A DNA stretch of 34,626 nt from Leidyana gryllorum EB-2025a (taxonomy: Eukaryota; Protista; Apicomplexa): positions 1-34,626 of the forward strand of contig JBLWGC010000167.1 of NCBI GenBank assembly GCA_048772705.1, written 5' to 3'. Each line of letters begins with the position of its first letter. The first letter of the stretch is position 1. The position numbers were made by a program, and so were the translations under genes. Of the stretch, positions 9,620-19,411 are shown in pieces. The notes below the pieces were generated by a model. It did not search any database. It had not been told where the DNA came from and was given only the letters and a program-made list of their open reading frames with translations.

Positions 9620-9691
9620 AGCCTTCTGTCGGAATCGAGCCGCCGACGTCTCGTTTACGAAGCAAACGCTCTGCCCCTAAGCTTAGAAGGC
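9620..9691 (-). pseudogene. tRNA-Thr(CGT) pseudogene
   Basis: Multiple stem mismatches. Confidence 0.8.
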
Positions 9692-9840
9692 AATGCAAGA
9701 AGGAAATTACGCATCGAAGCCCGTTGAGGGAGGTTGTTGAAGCACTCGAAGGACTTCCACTGCCCCTTATGTGATCAAGACAGGGCCTGCCTGGTTGGCT
9801 GAGGGGCGAGGAATTCTGACACCAGATGTCACGACCTCTC

Positions 9841-9913
9841 TGCCTCGGCCGTGGATCGAACACGGGACTTCCAGATCTTCAGTCTGGCGATCTCCCAACT
9901 GAGCTACCGAGGC
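9841..9913 (-). tRNA. trnF: tRNA-Phe(GAA)
   Basis: CCAGA-CT-GAA-GA-TCTGG; one D-stem mismatch; only copy seen. Confidence 0.85.
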
Positions 9914-10010
9914 GCTAGAAAGTCATGGAAGGCGGTGAAAATAAGCACTTAGTGCGACCGTATGTAGAAAGAGGAGGGTCTCTATACTAACCTCTGAAAT
10001 ATTGTAGCTC

Positions 10011-10083
10011 CGTCTTGTAGCTCAGTCGGCAGAGCGTGTGGCTGTTAACCACAAAGTCGCAAGTTCGAAACCTGCCAAGACCG
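10011..10083 (+). pseudogene. tRNA-Asn(GTT) variant (twin at 21863-21935)
   Basis: 1:72 and T-stem mismatches. Confidence 0.7.
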
Positions 10084-10200
10084 GTTTCAAAGGCACCCTT
10101 AACACTCACTGCGCTGCTCTCGCAATGGCACTTGTGGTCTGCGACCGTTCAAAAATGTAAGGTTGGGTTTGGCTCCGGCCACGTGCTGCGGTACCTACTT

Positions 10201-10273
10201 TGGACGACCTGGGTATCGATCCCAGTACCTCTCGCATGCGAAGCGAGCGCTCTACCATTTGAGCTAGCCGCCC
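10201..10273 (-). tRNA. trnA: tRNA-Ala(CGC), intact
   Basis: Full cloverleaf, G3:T70. Confidence 0.93.
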
Positions 10274-10333
10274 AGAGGCACCACATGGAAGAGCTACTGC
10301 ATTGGGTAGCTGACCGAGTGCCGATACAACGGC

Positions 10334-10413
10334 TGACAAGAGTGGGATTCAAACCCACGCCCTTTCGGACTGCGGCCTGAACACAGCGCCTTAGACCACT
10401 CGGCCATCTTGCC
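10334..10413 (-). tRNA. trnL: tRNA-Leu(CAG), C56T variant
   Basis: TTTGAAT T-loop. Confidence 0.65.
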
Positions 10414-10803
10414 GGAACATCTTGCCGCAATGTTGTTGGCTCGCCGCTTCACACGTTTTCTGTTCGTGAGTCAAAATAGAAAGACTTCTGGGATTGGAGG
10501 CCGGCGTGTACTTCCGCCTGTCACGCGGAAGACCAGGGTTCGTTCCCCGGTCTCGGAGCATAGTTGCTTTCGCTTAGGATTGTTTCGTTTGGTTCTCGCT
10601 GAAAGTTGCGAGCTACAGCCACCGAGGATCAAACTCGGGACTTCCGGACTGTGAAAGGGGCGTGTGTCTCTGGAAACACATATCATGAAGACCTCACAGA
10701 AATGGGACGGGCTGAAGTGGCGCAGTCCGTAAAGCATCTGACCCTCCTGTTGCATCCCATCCTGATTGATGCCCCGCTACCTTTGTAGTTTCACTCGAAG
10801 ATT

Positions 10804-10873
10804 GTCCGAGTCGTCTAGTGGTTGGGACAGCACGTTGTGGCCGTGCAAAGCCACGCTGATTCCTGCCCGGGCA
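10804..10873 (+). pseudogene. tRNA-His(GTG) relic (copies near 20860, 22670, 27470, 32962)
   Basis: GCACG-TT-GTG-GC-CGTGC arm, T-arm destroyed. Confidence 0.75.
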
Positions 10874-10961
10874 GTATGTCTCTGTCGTCTCGAATGGAAA
10901 CTCTTGCCGGGATCAACAACGCTTGATCACCACATACATCCATTTGATGGCCTCGTTAGTC

Positions 10962-11034
10962 GACACTATGGCCCAATGGATATGGAATCGGTCTACGAAA
11001 CCGGGGATTTTGGGTTCGAGTCCCAGTGGCGTCT
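10962..11034 (+). pseudogene. tRNA-Arg(ACG) variant (copies 20701-20773 -, 22828-22900 +, 27309-27381 -)
   Basis: Acceptor and D-stem mismatches, B-box intact. Confidence 0.65.
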
Positions 11035-11418
11035 GGGCGAATGGTCGGGTTCCAGCCTCGCCTGTTGGGTCAACAACTCAGATTTTGTCTTGGCTGTCGG
11101 GGACTTTGTCCGGGATGGGTGGACTGAGAGCCGCATATCTCAGCCGAGCTTCGAGAGACGTGCCGTGTTGAGTCAACAGCTATCAGACGGCAGACGGGCT
11201 GTGTTGGGAATTGAAACCAGCACTTCTTCCACCCGAAACAAGTGCATACCACCAGACCAAACAGCCGCCTATCGGTGGTACAAGCCGCCGATACAGATGC
11301 TCAGGAAGTGAGCACCCCCGGCCGTACGACTTCTTCGGGGCTGGAGGCCGATACACCGCACCCAGACGACAGTCGCAACGGAAGCCGTTTGCACGCTGGA
11401 ACTCAGAAGGAAAGTTCC

Positions 11419-11502
11419 GCACAGATGCCCGAGTGGTCTAAGGGGCCAGACTCAAGTTCTGGTAGGCGCAAGTCTGCATGGGTTCGAATCCCATTCTGTG
11501 CA
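11419..11502 (+). tRNA. trnL: tRNA-Leu(CAA), intact, intronless
   Basis: 84-nt cloverleaf. Confidence 0.95.
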
Positions 11503-11585
11503 ACGGTTCTCATTCCGGGGCGGCATTGGCCATCACTTCGGGTCTACGGCTGTACGAAGTAGCCGTTATATCCCCCTCCCCATTC

Positions 11586-11657
11586 GGCTGTTTGGTCTAG
11601 TGGTATGATCCTTCCTTAGGGTGGAAGGAGTCCTGGGTTCGATTCCTATAAAAGCCC
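11586..11657 (+). pseudogene. tRNA-Pro(AGG), 3' strand degenerate
   Basis: CCTATAAAAGCC versus CCCAGAACAGCC. Confidence 0.75.
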
Positions 11658-11798
11658 TCTTGGTCGTCGGTTGACCCGACGAGACAAGTTGCCCTCAGAA
11701 CCACACACGCACCCCCTTTAGCCCACCTCGGTAGGGCAGTCAGGGCAATTAACATCTCAGGAATCGCATTTCGGCTCCCTCTTCCATGTTGCAGACTG

Positions 11799-11870
11799 AG
11801 CAGTGTAGCTCAGTGGAAGAGTGTGGGGCTCATAACCCAAAGGTCCGTCGATCGAAACGACGCACTGCTA
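11799..11870 (+). tRNA. trnM: Initiator tRNA-Met(CAT)
   Basis: A1:T72, GGG/CCC anticodon stem, GATCGAAA T-loop; one stem mismatch. Confidence 0.85.
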
Positions 11871-11919
11871 AGTGTGCGCAAGAGGGAAACAGTTATAGAA
11901 TTGATTGGGTCGTGAGCGA

Positions 11920-11991
11920 AGCCTTCTGCCGGAATCGAACCGGAGATCTTTCTCTTACTAAGCGAATGCTCTGCCCCTAAGCTAAGAAGGC
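11920..11991 (-). pseudogene. tRNA-Thr(AGT) variant (copies 19743-19814 +, 23772-23843 -)
   Basis: Anticodon- and T-stem mismatches. Confidence 0.7.
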
Positions 11992-12244
11992 AATATCAGC
12001 TGGTAATCACACATCAGTCACTATTGACGGAAGTTACTGGAGCACATTGTTCCACCAGTCAATCCTTCCACTGCTCCACCCAACGGGTGTAACTAAGTTT
12101 AGGGCTTGGTTCGAAACCTGCCAGGACCGGTTTCGGAGGCACACCAAACACTGAGTGCGCTGCTCTCCCAATGGCACTTCTGGTCTGCGACCCTTCAAAG
12201 ATGTAAGTTTGTTTGGGTCCCCCCACGTGCAGCCGTACGTACTT

Positions 12245-12316
12245 TGGACGACTTGGGTATCGATCCAGTACCTCTCGCATGCGAAGCGAGCGCTCTACAA
12301 TCTGAGCTAGCCGCCC
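12245..12316 (-). pseudogene. tRNA-Ala(CGC) degenerate (mirror 19034-19105)
   Basis: D-loop GG lost, 1-nt T-stem deletion. Confidence 0.75.
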
Positions 12317-12376
12317 ATCCACTCTACATGGAAGACCTATTGCATCCAGTGGCTGACCGAGGGCCGATACAACGGC

Positions 12377-12456
12377 TGACAAGAGTGGGATTCGAACCCA
12401 CGCCCTCTCGGACTGCGGCCTTAACACAGCGCCTTGGACCACTCGGCCATCTTGGG
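12377..12456 (-). pseudogene. tRNA-Leu(AAG) with broken acceptor end (mirror 18894-18973)
   Basis: 5' CCCAAGA cannot pair at positions 1-2. Confidence 0.7.
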
Positions 12457-12552
12457 CGGAGTCTTCTTGGCTCGTCACTTCACAAGTTTTCTGTTCTTGG
12501 ATTCTGGATATGGAAAGACTTTTGGGGTTGGAGGCCGTCATGTTTACTAGCG

Positions 12553-12624
12553 TCCGAGATAGTATATTGGTCAGTATTTCCGCCTGTCACGCGGAAGACC
12601 CGGGTTCGATTCCCCGTCTCGGAG
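12553..12624 (+). tRNA. trnD: tRNA-Asp(GTC) variant
   Basis: One T-stem mismatch. Confidence 0.7.
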
Positions 12625-12675
12625 CACAGTTGGTTTCGCTTGAGTCTTTTTTGGTGCTTGCTGAAAGTTGCGAGC

Positions 12676-12747
12676 TACAGCCACGAGGATCGAACTCGGG
12701 ACCTTCTGCGTGTTAAGCAGACGTCGTAACCACTAGACCATGGCTGC
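12676..12747 (-). pseudogene. tRNA-Val(AAC), 1-nt deletion (mirror 18603-18674)
   Basis: T-stem shortened. Confidence 0.7.
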
Positions 12748-13058
12748 ATCGATGGTCCCCGCAGCCCAAAAGAAGTGGCGAAGCTTCAGGGAGTAGTGAG
12801 GACCAGTTCAAGGGTCGGGTTGGGATCGAACCCAGGTCGGGAAATTCAAAGTGTCCAGTGCTAACCACCTAGGACGCAACCGGTTCAGCCCATCCCAGAA
12901 GAGTGGGACTAGCGCTCCCTCAACTGGACACATGCAACACGGGTCTCTCTACTAACCTCTGAAGTATTGTAACTGGCTCTTGTTTACAGCCCCCAGCGTA
13001 AACAGTTGGATTCGAGTCGGACACCTCAATCATTGAAGCAATTGTCCGCGAGTGCTAC

Positions 13059-13140
13059 CGACGACGGTGAGATTCGAACTCACGCGGGTAAAACCCAACG
13101 GCTTGGCAGGCCGCCGCCTTAACCGCTCGGCCACCTTGCC
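13059..13140 (-). pseudogene. tRNA-Ser body with GCC anticodon
   Basis: Ser(GCT) body, T36C, two acceptor mismatches. Confidence 0.8.
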
Positions 13141-13236
13141 AAGAGTGTAACTGATTACACCTTCCCTCGGGCACCCCGTACGAACTGTTGTAGGAAGAGG
13201 AGGGTCTCTATACTAAGCTCTGAACCATTGTAACTG

Positions 13237-13309
13237 GGTCTTGTAGCTCAGTCGGCAGAGCGTGTGGCTGTTAACCACAAAGTCGCAGGTTCGAAGCCTG
13301 CCAGGACCG
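13237..13309 (+). tRNA. trnN: tRNA-Asn(GTT), intact
   Basis: Full cloverleaf. Confidence 0.9.
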
Positions 13310-13604
13310 GGTTCTGCGACAGTGTACACTCTCGACGGCCCTTGTTCTCTTGGACCCTTCCAAGGTCGTAACTTACCCTTAGACCACAAGTGAGCTGCAG
13401 CACCCCGAGAGACTCGGCGTTTTCTGCGTTGAGCTGTCTGCAACATACTCAAAAACAGACTTCTCGGGAATCGAATCGAGCACTCCCACAAGCGAAAGAA
13501 AATCATATCACTAGCACTTCAACTCGACATGCGCGGCAGTGGCTCCCCATACAGCTAGCAAGCTTGCCTCGGTCGAAACTGAACGTCTTCCGAGTGAGAG
13601 GCTA

Positions 13605-13677
13605 TGATGCGGATGGGACTCCAACCCACAACTCCCGGTTCCGAAGACCGATGCCCTATCCATTAGGCCACCGCACC
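13605..13677 (-). pseudogene. tRNA-Arg(TCG), C56G
   Basis: TTGGAGT T-loop. Confidence 0.7.
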
Positions 13678-13777
13678 ATGGATAAGCTTCGGTTATCTGG
13701 ATACTGGTTGGGTGAAAGAGGAGACACCTCGGGGCAGCCCGCTTTCGTCCCACTCAAAAGTCGGATGCGTCCCGAAT

Positions 13778-13850
13778 GCGGTTGTGGCGCAATGGATAGC
13801 GCGTTGCCCTCCTAAGGCAAAGGTTGAGGGTTCGAGTCCCTCCAGCCGTT
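13778..13850 (+). tRNA. trnR: tRNA-Arg(CCT), intact
   Basis: TTGCC-CT-CCT-AA-GGCAA. Confidence 0.93.
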
Positions 13851-14068
13851 TCCTGCGTGCCTTCGTTTGTGCAAAGTGGAGCACAAACTAGTGAAAGTGA
13901 TGGCTTACTAAACGAATGCTCTGCCCCTAAGCCAAGAAGGCAATGTTAGTTGGAGATCACGCATCAGTCCCTATTGACTGAAGTTACTGGAGCACATTGC
14001 ACCGGTTCAATGACTTTCACTGCTCCACCCAACGGTAAATAGGGTGTAACTAAGTTTAGAGCTTCCTT

Positions 14069-14118
14069 GCCGCCCTAGCTCAGTCGGTAGAGCGCAAGAC
14101 TTTTAATCTTGCAGTCGC
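14069..14118 (+). pseudogene. tRNA-Lys(TTT), 3'-truncated
   Basis: Breaks at TCGC into the Arg-ACG upstream flank. Confidence 0.85.
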
Positions 14119-14149
14119 TACACACTTCCATTTGACGGCTCCGTTAGTC

Positions 14150-14222
14150 GGCGCTATGGCCTAATGGATATGGCATCGGTCTACGGAACCGGGGATTGTG
14201 GGTCCGAGGCCCATCCGCATCA
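14150..14222 (+). pseudogene. Chimeric tRNA-Arg (5' ACG gene / 3' TCG gene)
   Basis: 5' part and flank match the 8690 locus; 3' part and flank match the 5225 locus. Confidence 0.9.
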
Positions 14223-14446
14223 TAGCCTCTCACTCGGAAGACGTTCCGTTTCGACCGAGGCAAGCTTGCTAGCTGTATGAGAGCCGCTGCCCCGTATGTC
14301 GAGTTGAAGTGCTAGTGGTATCAGTTTCCTTCGTCTGTGGAAGTGCTCGATTCGATCCCCGAACAGTCCGTTTTTGAGTAGGTTGCAGACAGCTGGAAGC
14401 AGAAATTGCCCGAGTCTCTCGGGGGTGCTGCAGATTTTTCGCAATT

Positions 14447-14517
14447 GCACTTGTGGTCTAAGGGTAAGATGCGACCCTTCCAAGGTCGTAACCCGGGTTC
14501 GAGTCCCGGCAGGTGCA
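14447..14517 (+). tRNA. trnG: tRNA-Gly(TCC), intact
   Basis: Identical to 5522. Confidence 0.93.
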
Positions 14518-14584
14518 GCCGTTTGTAGCTCGAACGACCTGTTTATCGGTGAAGAGAGGGGACGACTCAATACAATACAACGGT

Positions 14585-14664
14585 TGACAAGAGTGGGATT
14601 CGAACCCACGCCCTTTCGGACTGCGGCCTGAACACAGCGCCTTGGACCACTCGGCCATCTTGCC
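14585..14664 (-). tRNA. trnL: tRNA-Leu(CAG), intact
   Basis: Full cloverleaf. Confidence 0.92.
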
Positions 14665-14760
14665 GCAGTGTTGTTGGTTCGTCGCTCCACCCGGTTTTTG
14701 TCCGTGGAATCTCGAAACTGGTAAGACGTCTGAGGCTAAAGGCCGGCGTGTCTGCGAGCG

Positions 14761-14841
14761 TCCGAGAAATGGGGCTCGAACCCGCGCGGAATCAACCAGT
14801 GGATCTTAAGGCCACCCCCTTAACCTCTCGGGCATTCTCGC
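14761..14841 (-). pseudogene. tRNA-Leu(TAA), degenerate, fused to an Asp 5' end
   Basis: CT-TAA-GA loop, variable arm; several mismatches. Confidence 0.7.
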
Positions 14842-14955
14842 AATGCAGCATAGAAATGAGTAGTCTGGGGTTTCTGCGTTGAGCTGTCTGCAACCTACTT
14901 CAAAACGGACTTTTTGAGAGTTGAATCGAGCACTTCTTCTAGCAAGCTTGCCTCG

Positions 14956-15028
14956 CACCGCCCGCGGGGCTCGAACCCGCGACTGCAAGATTAAAAGTCT
15001 TGCGCTCTACCGACTGAGCTAGGGCGGC
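14956..15028 (-). tRNA. trnK: tRNA-Lys(TTT), intact
   Basis: Full cloverleaf. Confidence 0.93.
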
Positions 15029-15241
15029 AAGGAAGCTCTAAACTTAGTTACACCCTATTTACCGTTGGGTGGAGCAGTGAAAGTCATTCAACCGGTGCAA
15101 TGTAACTTCAGTCAATAATAGGGACTGATGCGTGATCTCCAACTAACATTGCCTTCTTAGCTTAGGGGCAGAGCATTCGTTTAGTAAGCGATCACTTTCA
15201 CCAGTTTGTGCTCCACTTTGCACAAACGAAGGCACGCAGGA

Positions 15242-15314
15242 AACGGCTGGAGGGACTCGAACCCTCAACCTTTGCCTTAGGAGGGCAACGCGCTATCCAT
15301 TGCGCCACAACCGC
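15242..15314 (-). tRNA. trnR: tRNA-Arg(CCT), intact
   Basis: Mirror of 13778. Confidence 0.93.
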
Positions 15315-15414
15315 ATTCGGGACGCATCCGACTTTTGAGTGGGACGAAAGCGGGCTGCCCCGAGGTGTCTCCTCTTTCACCCAACCAGTATCCAGATAAC
15401 CGAAGCCTATCCAT

Positions 15415-15487
15415 GGTGCGGTGGCCTAATGGATAGGGCATCGGTCTTCGGAACCGGGAGTTGTGGGTTCGAGTCCCATCCGCATCA
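15415..15487 (+). tRNA. trnR: tRNA-Arg(TCG), intact
   Basis: GTTCGAGT B-box. Confidence 0.88.
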
Positions 15488-15605
15488 TAGCCTCTCACGC
15501 GAAAGACGTTCCGCAAGCTTGCTAGCTGTATGGGGAGCCACCGCGCATGTCGAGTTGGAGTGCTCGTGATATGATTTTCCTTCACATGGAGAGTGCCTCT
15601 GAAAC

Positions 15606-15678
15606 CGGTCCTGGCAGGCTTCGAACCTACGACTTTATGGTTAACAGCTACACGCTCTGCCGACTGAGCTACAAGACC
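15606..15678 (-). pseudogene. tRNA-Asn(GTT) degenerate
   Basis: Anticodon- and T-stem mismatches. Confidence 0.75.
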
Positions 15679-15794
15679 CAGTTACAATGGTTCAGAGCTT
15701 AGTATAGAGATCCTCCTTTTTCTACCGCAGGATTCTGCACCACGTCTTGTCAAGAGGGTACGGCTCTCGGCTAAAGCTGCAGCTGAGGGAGTTG

Positions 15795-15867
15795 TCCACT
15801 GTAGTCTAAGTGGCTAGGATATGCGGCTTTCACCCGCACGATCCGGGTTCGAGTCCCGGCAGTGGAA
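15795..15867 (+). tRNA. trnE: tRNA-Glu(TTC), intact
   Basis: Full cloverleaf. Confidence 0.93.
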
Positions 15868-15927
15868 ATCCAGCTGAGTGATTTGGTAGGTAACAGTTCC
15901 ATTCTTACTCCCACGGAGATAGATCCA

Positions 15928-16000
15928 CACCGCCCGCGGGGCTCGAACCCGCGACTGCAAGATTAAGAGTCTTGCGCTCTACCGACTGAGCTAGGGCGGC
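15928..16000 (-). tRNA. trnK: tRNA-Lys(CTT), intact
   Basis: Identical to Lys-TTT except N34. Confidence 0.93.
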
Positions 16001-16211
16001 AGGAAAGCAAGGACACAAAACCCGATAGCCTGACATTTGAAGTGGCTCCGCTCTCAGAGCTGGTACCCACAGGTCGTTCGCGTGGCAGGCGGGACTACTC
16101 TTTGATACCATGTCGGAGGCGCGTGACCCCCCAACCTTGGAGCCCAGCCTTTCCATTCTCTAGCTTCAAACAGACAGGAAACGCTTGAAGTGGCGGGACA
16201 GACACCGAGCT

Positions 16212-16291
16212 GGTAAGATGGCTGAGGGGTCTAAGGCGCTGTATGCAAGTCGCACTCCGAGAGGACGTGGGTCCAAATCCCACTCTTTCCA
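16212..16291 (+). pseudogene. Old tRNA-Leu relic
   Basis: Heavily substituted Leu body. Confidence 0.75.
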
Positions 16292-16327
16292 GGCTGCGCC
16301 TCACACGGGAAAAAGAAAGGTTCTGAT

Positions 16328-16397
16328 TGAGCCCAGAGTGATTCGAAAACCCACCTTCTGATCTGGAGTCAGACGCGCTACGTTGCGCCATCGGCCC
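16328..16397 (-). pseudogene. tRNA-Trp(CCA) pseudogene
   Basis: Paralog of 7512. Confidence 0.8.
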
Positions 16398-16452
16398 AAG
16401 ACCATCCCCCGCTCCAGACTCATTACTTTGTGGTCAGGGATGGACGTGTCAG

Positions 16453-16523
16453 GCATCTGTGGTCTAGTGGTAGAATGTCTCGTTGCCATCGAGACGACCC
16501 GGGTTCGATTCCCGGCAGATGCA
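16453..16523 (+). tRNA. trnG: tRNA-Gly(GCC), intact
   Basis: Identical to 83-153. Confidence 0.95.
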
Positions 16524-17045
16524 GAGGAGATGGCACATGGTTGATTGTGCCACGCCAGGCCCAGTAGATTTCTAGTCTACCCCCTAACCCGTCACATACG
16601 GTTTAGCAAGCTTGACTCGGACTTCTCGCGCTGCCCGCACCTGCGGTCTCCCATCAAAAGTCTTGCGCTCTACCGACGGACTTGGGGCGGCGACGAAGCT
16701 CGGACTTAGTAACAAATTCCATTCGTATTGATCGTTGAATCTTGGGCCTTCTTCGGGTACAGGGAGAAGCTGTATCAGAGATGCATTCACTTGGTCACGC
16801 CCGGGCTCCAATTGCGGACTCAGAACTTATTAGGCTCACGCTCTGGCCGCCTGAAGTACGCGACCGCTTCAGAGTTGAGGTGAACAGTCACTAGCCGAAG
16901 GAGCCGACTGATGTGTTCAGCAAAGCCTTATGATTGGTACTGAACCGGCCACTCCGGTCATTCCAAAGGCAAATACTGACATCGAGAAGGGGCACTACCA
17001 ATTGGCACGGGATTCCTGATGGAATGTGTAGCCCGTTCCACTCTC

Positions 17046-17127
17046 GGCAAGGTGGCCGAGTGGTTAAGGCGGCGGCCTGCTAAGCCGTTGGGTTTCACCC
17101 GCGTGAGTTCGAATCTCACCCTTGTCG
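17046..17127 (+). tRNA. trnS: tRNA-Ser(GCT), intact
   Basis: Full cloverleaf. Confidence 0.95.
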
Positions 17128-17330
17128 GTAGCATTTGGGAAAAAGCGCAACTCCTTCAATGATTCAAGGGAGCTTTCTGTCCGACCCAAATCCAACGTCT
17201 ACGCTGGGCGCTATAGACAGGAGCCACCTAAAACATTTCAGAGGTCTGTAGAGAGACCCGTGTTGCGTGAGCCAGTTGAGGAAGCGCTAGTACGGATAAT
17301 TCAGCAGACTCTTCTGGGATGGGCTGAACC

Positions 17331-17402
17331 GGTTGCGTGGTGTAGTGGTTAGCACTGGAGACTCTGAATCTCCCGACCTAGGTTCGATTCCCGGCGCGAC
17401 CT
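17331..17402 (+). tRNA. trnQ: tRNA-Gln(CTG), one T-stem mismatch
   Basis: CTAGG/CCCGG. Confidence 0.75.
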
Positions 17403-17453
17403 TGGAACTGGTCCTCACTACTTCGTAAAACCTGGCCACTTCCTTTGGTCCGT

Positions 17454-17526
17454 GAAGCCATGGTCTAGTGGTTACGACGTCTGCTTAACACGCAGAAGGT
17501 CCCGAGTTCGATCCTCGGTGGCTGTA
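17454..17526 (+). tRNA. trnV: tRNA-Val(AAC), 2:71 mismatch
   Basis: Otherwise intact. Confidence 0.78.
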
Positions 17527-17584
17527 GCTCGCAACTTTCAGAATGATAGCATGATGAGTTTGTCGGCGGTTCCGATTTCGACCC

Positions 17585-17657
17585 TGGGAGTGGAGAGGAT
17601 CGAACTCTCGACTTCAGGATTATGAGACCTACGCGCTACCGACTGCGCTACACTCCC
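17585..17657 (-). tRNA. trnM: Elongator tRNA-Met(CAT), intact
   Basis: GGGAGTG/CACTCCC, GTTCGA. Confidence 0.93.
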
Positions 17658-17893
17658 CCTCCGACTTTCTCCGAGGAATCACCTGAATCCAGAACCATGC
17701 TGCCAGGCAGGTTGGGTCAAGATACAACAAAGCGGGCTGTTCTGGGAATGGAACCTAGGACTTCTTCCACCCGACGGAAGTATCATACCACTACACCAAA
17801 CAGCCGCCTGTCGTTCGTGCAACCCGCTGAAGACAGTTTAAAAAGTGGTCATCCTATGTTGAGAACCAACAAATGCGATGGGGTATGCACCAC

Positions 17894-17966
17894 GGGCGGC
17901 TAGCTCAGATGGTAGGGCGCTAGCTTCGCATGCGAGAGGTACTGGGATCGACACCCAGGTCGTCCA
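17894..17966 (+). pseudogene. tRNA-Ala(CGC) degenerate
   Basis: Anticodon-stem mismatch. Confidence 0.7.
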
Positions 17967-18204
17967 AAGGACCTACGGCTGCACGTGGCGGGACCCAAAC
18001 AAACTTACATCTTTGAAGGGTCGCAGACCACAAGTGCCATTGGGAGAGCAGCGCACTCAGTGTTTGGTGGTTAACAGCCGCACGCTCTGCCGACTGAGCT
18101 ACAAGGCCCAGCTACAATGGTTCAGAGGTTAGTAGAGAGACCCTCCTCTTCCTACAACAGTTCGTACGGGGTGCCCGAGGGAAGGTGTAATCAGTTACAC
18201 TCTT

Positions 18205-18286
18205 GGCAAGGTGGCCGAGCGGTTAAGGCGGCGGCCTGCCAAGCCCTTGGGTTTTACCCGCGTGAGTTCGAATCTCACCGTTGTCG
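18205..18286 (+). pseudogene. tRNA-Ser body with GCC anticodon (second copy)
   Basis: One acceptor and one anticodon-stem mismatch. Confidence 0.8.
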
Positions 18287-18725
18287 GCAGCACTCGCGGA
18301 CAGCGCAATTGCTTCAATGATTGAGGTGTCCGACTCGAATCCAACTGTTTACGCTGGGGGCTGTAAACAAGAGCCAGTTACAATACTTCAGAGGTTGGTA
18401 GAGAGACCCGTGTTGCATGTGTCCAGTTGAGGGAGCGCTAGTCCCACTCTTCTGGGATGGGCTGAACCGGTTGCGTCCTAGGTGGTTAGCACTGGACACT
18501 TTGGATTTCCCGACCTGGGTTCGATCCCAACCCGACCCTTGAACTGGTCCTCACTACTCCCTGAAGCTTCGCCACTTCTTTTGGGCTGCGGGAACCATCG
18601 ATGCAGCCATGGTCTAGTGGTTACGACGTCTGCTTAACACGCAGAAGGTCCCAAGTTCGATCCTCGTGGCTGTAGCTCGCAACTTTCAGCAAGCACCAAA
18701 AAAGACTCAAGCGAAACCAACTGTG

Positions 18726-18797
18726 CTCCGAGACCGGGAATCGAACCCGGGTCTTCCGCGTGACAGGCGGAAATACTGACCAATATACTATCTCGGA
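18726..18797 (-). tRNA. trnD: tRNA-Asp(GTC), near-intact
   Basis: Stems pair; G15T. Confidence 0.8.
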
Positions 18798-19220
18798 CGC
18801 TAGTAAACATGACGGCCTCCAACCCCAAAAGTCTTTCCATATCCAGAATCCAAGAACAGAAAACTTGTGAAGTGACGAGCCAAGAAGACTCCGCCCAAGA
18901 TGGCCGAGTGGTCCAAGGCGCTGTGTTAAGGCCGCAGTCCGAGAGGGCGTGGGTTCGAATCCCACTCTTGTCAGCCGTTGTATCGGCTCTCGGTCAGCCA
19001 CTGGATGCAATAGGTCTTCCATGTAGAGTGGATGGGCGGCTAGCTCAGATTGTAGAGCGCTCGCTTCGCATGCGAGAGGTACTGGATCGATACCCAAGTC
19101 GTCCAAAGTACGTACGGCTGCACGTGGGGGGACCCAAACAAACTTCCATCTTTGAAGGGTCGCAGACCAGAAGTGCCATTAGGAGAGCAGCGCACTCAGT
19201 GTTTGGTGTGCCTCCGAAAC

Positions 19221-19293
19221 CGGTCCTGGCAGGTTTCGAACCTGCGACTTTGTGGTTAACAGCCACACGCTCTGCCGACTGAGCTACAAGACC
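19221..19293 (-). tRNA. trnN: tRNA-Asn(GTT), intact
   Basis: Full cloverleaf. Confidence 0.92.
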
Positions 19294-19411
19294 CAGCTGC
19301 AATGTTTCAGAGGTTAGTATGGAGATCCTCCCTTATTCTACTGCAGGATTCTGCAATCATGTCTTGTCAAAAGGGTACGGCTCTCGGCTAAAGCTGCAGC
19401 TGAGGGAGTGG

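Larger units (their letters stand above)
9964..12316. repeat. Segment directly repeated at ~21815-24556
   Basis: Same gene order Asn-Ala-Leu-Asp-Val-His-Arg-Pro-LeuCAA-Pro-iMet-Thr...Ala, near-identical spacers. Confidence 0.9.
10510..13280. repeat. Segment inverted at ~18068-21245
   Basis: Reverse-complement gene order and spacers. Confidence 0.9.
13195..14117. repeat. Arm of inner inverted repeat; partner ~14978-15722
   Basis: Asn-ArgTCG-ArgCCT-Thr fragment-Lys mirrored, with an internal deletion in the partner. Confidence 0.85.
17545..18068. repeat. Segment inverted at ~24383-24905
   Basis: Met-Pro relic-Ala block mirrored. Confidence 0.88.

Noticed and set aside
4773-18538. Gln relics as stop-suppressor tRNAs
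   Set aside because: The anticodon position reads TTG, not TTA or CTA; no tRNA-Sec was seen either
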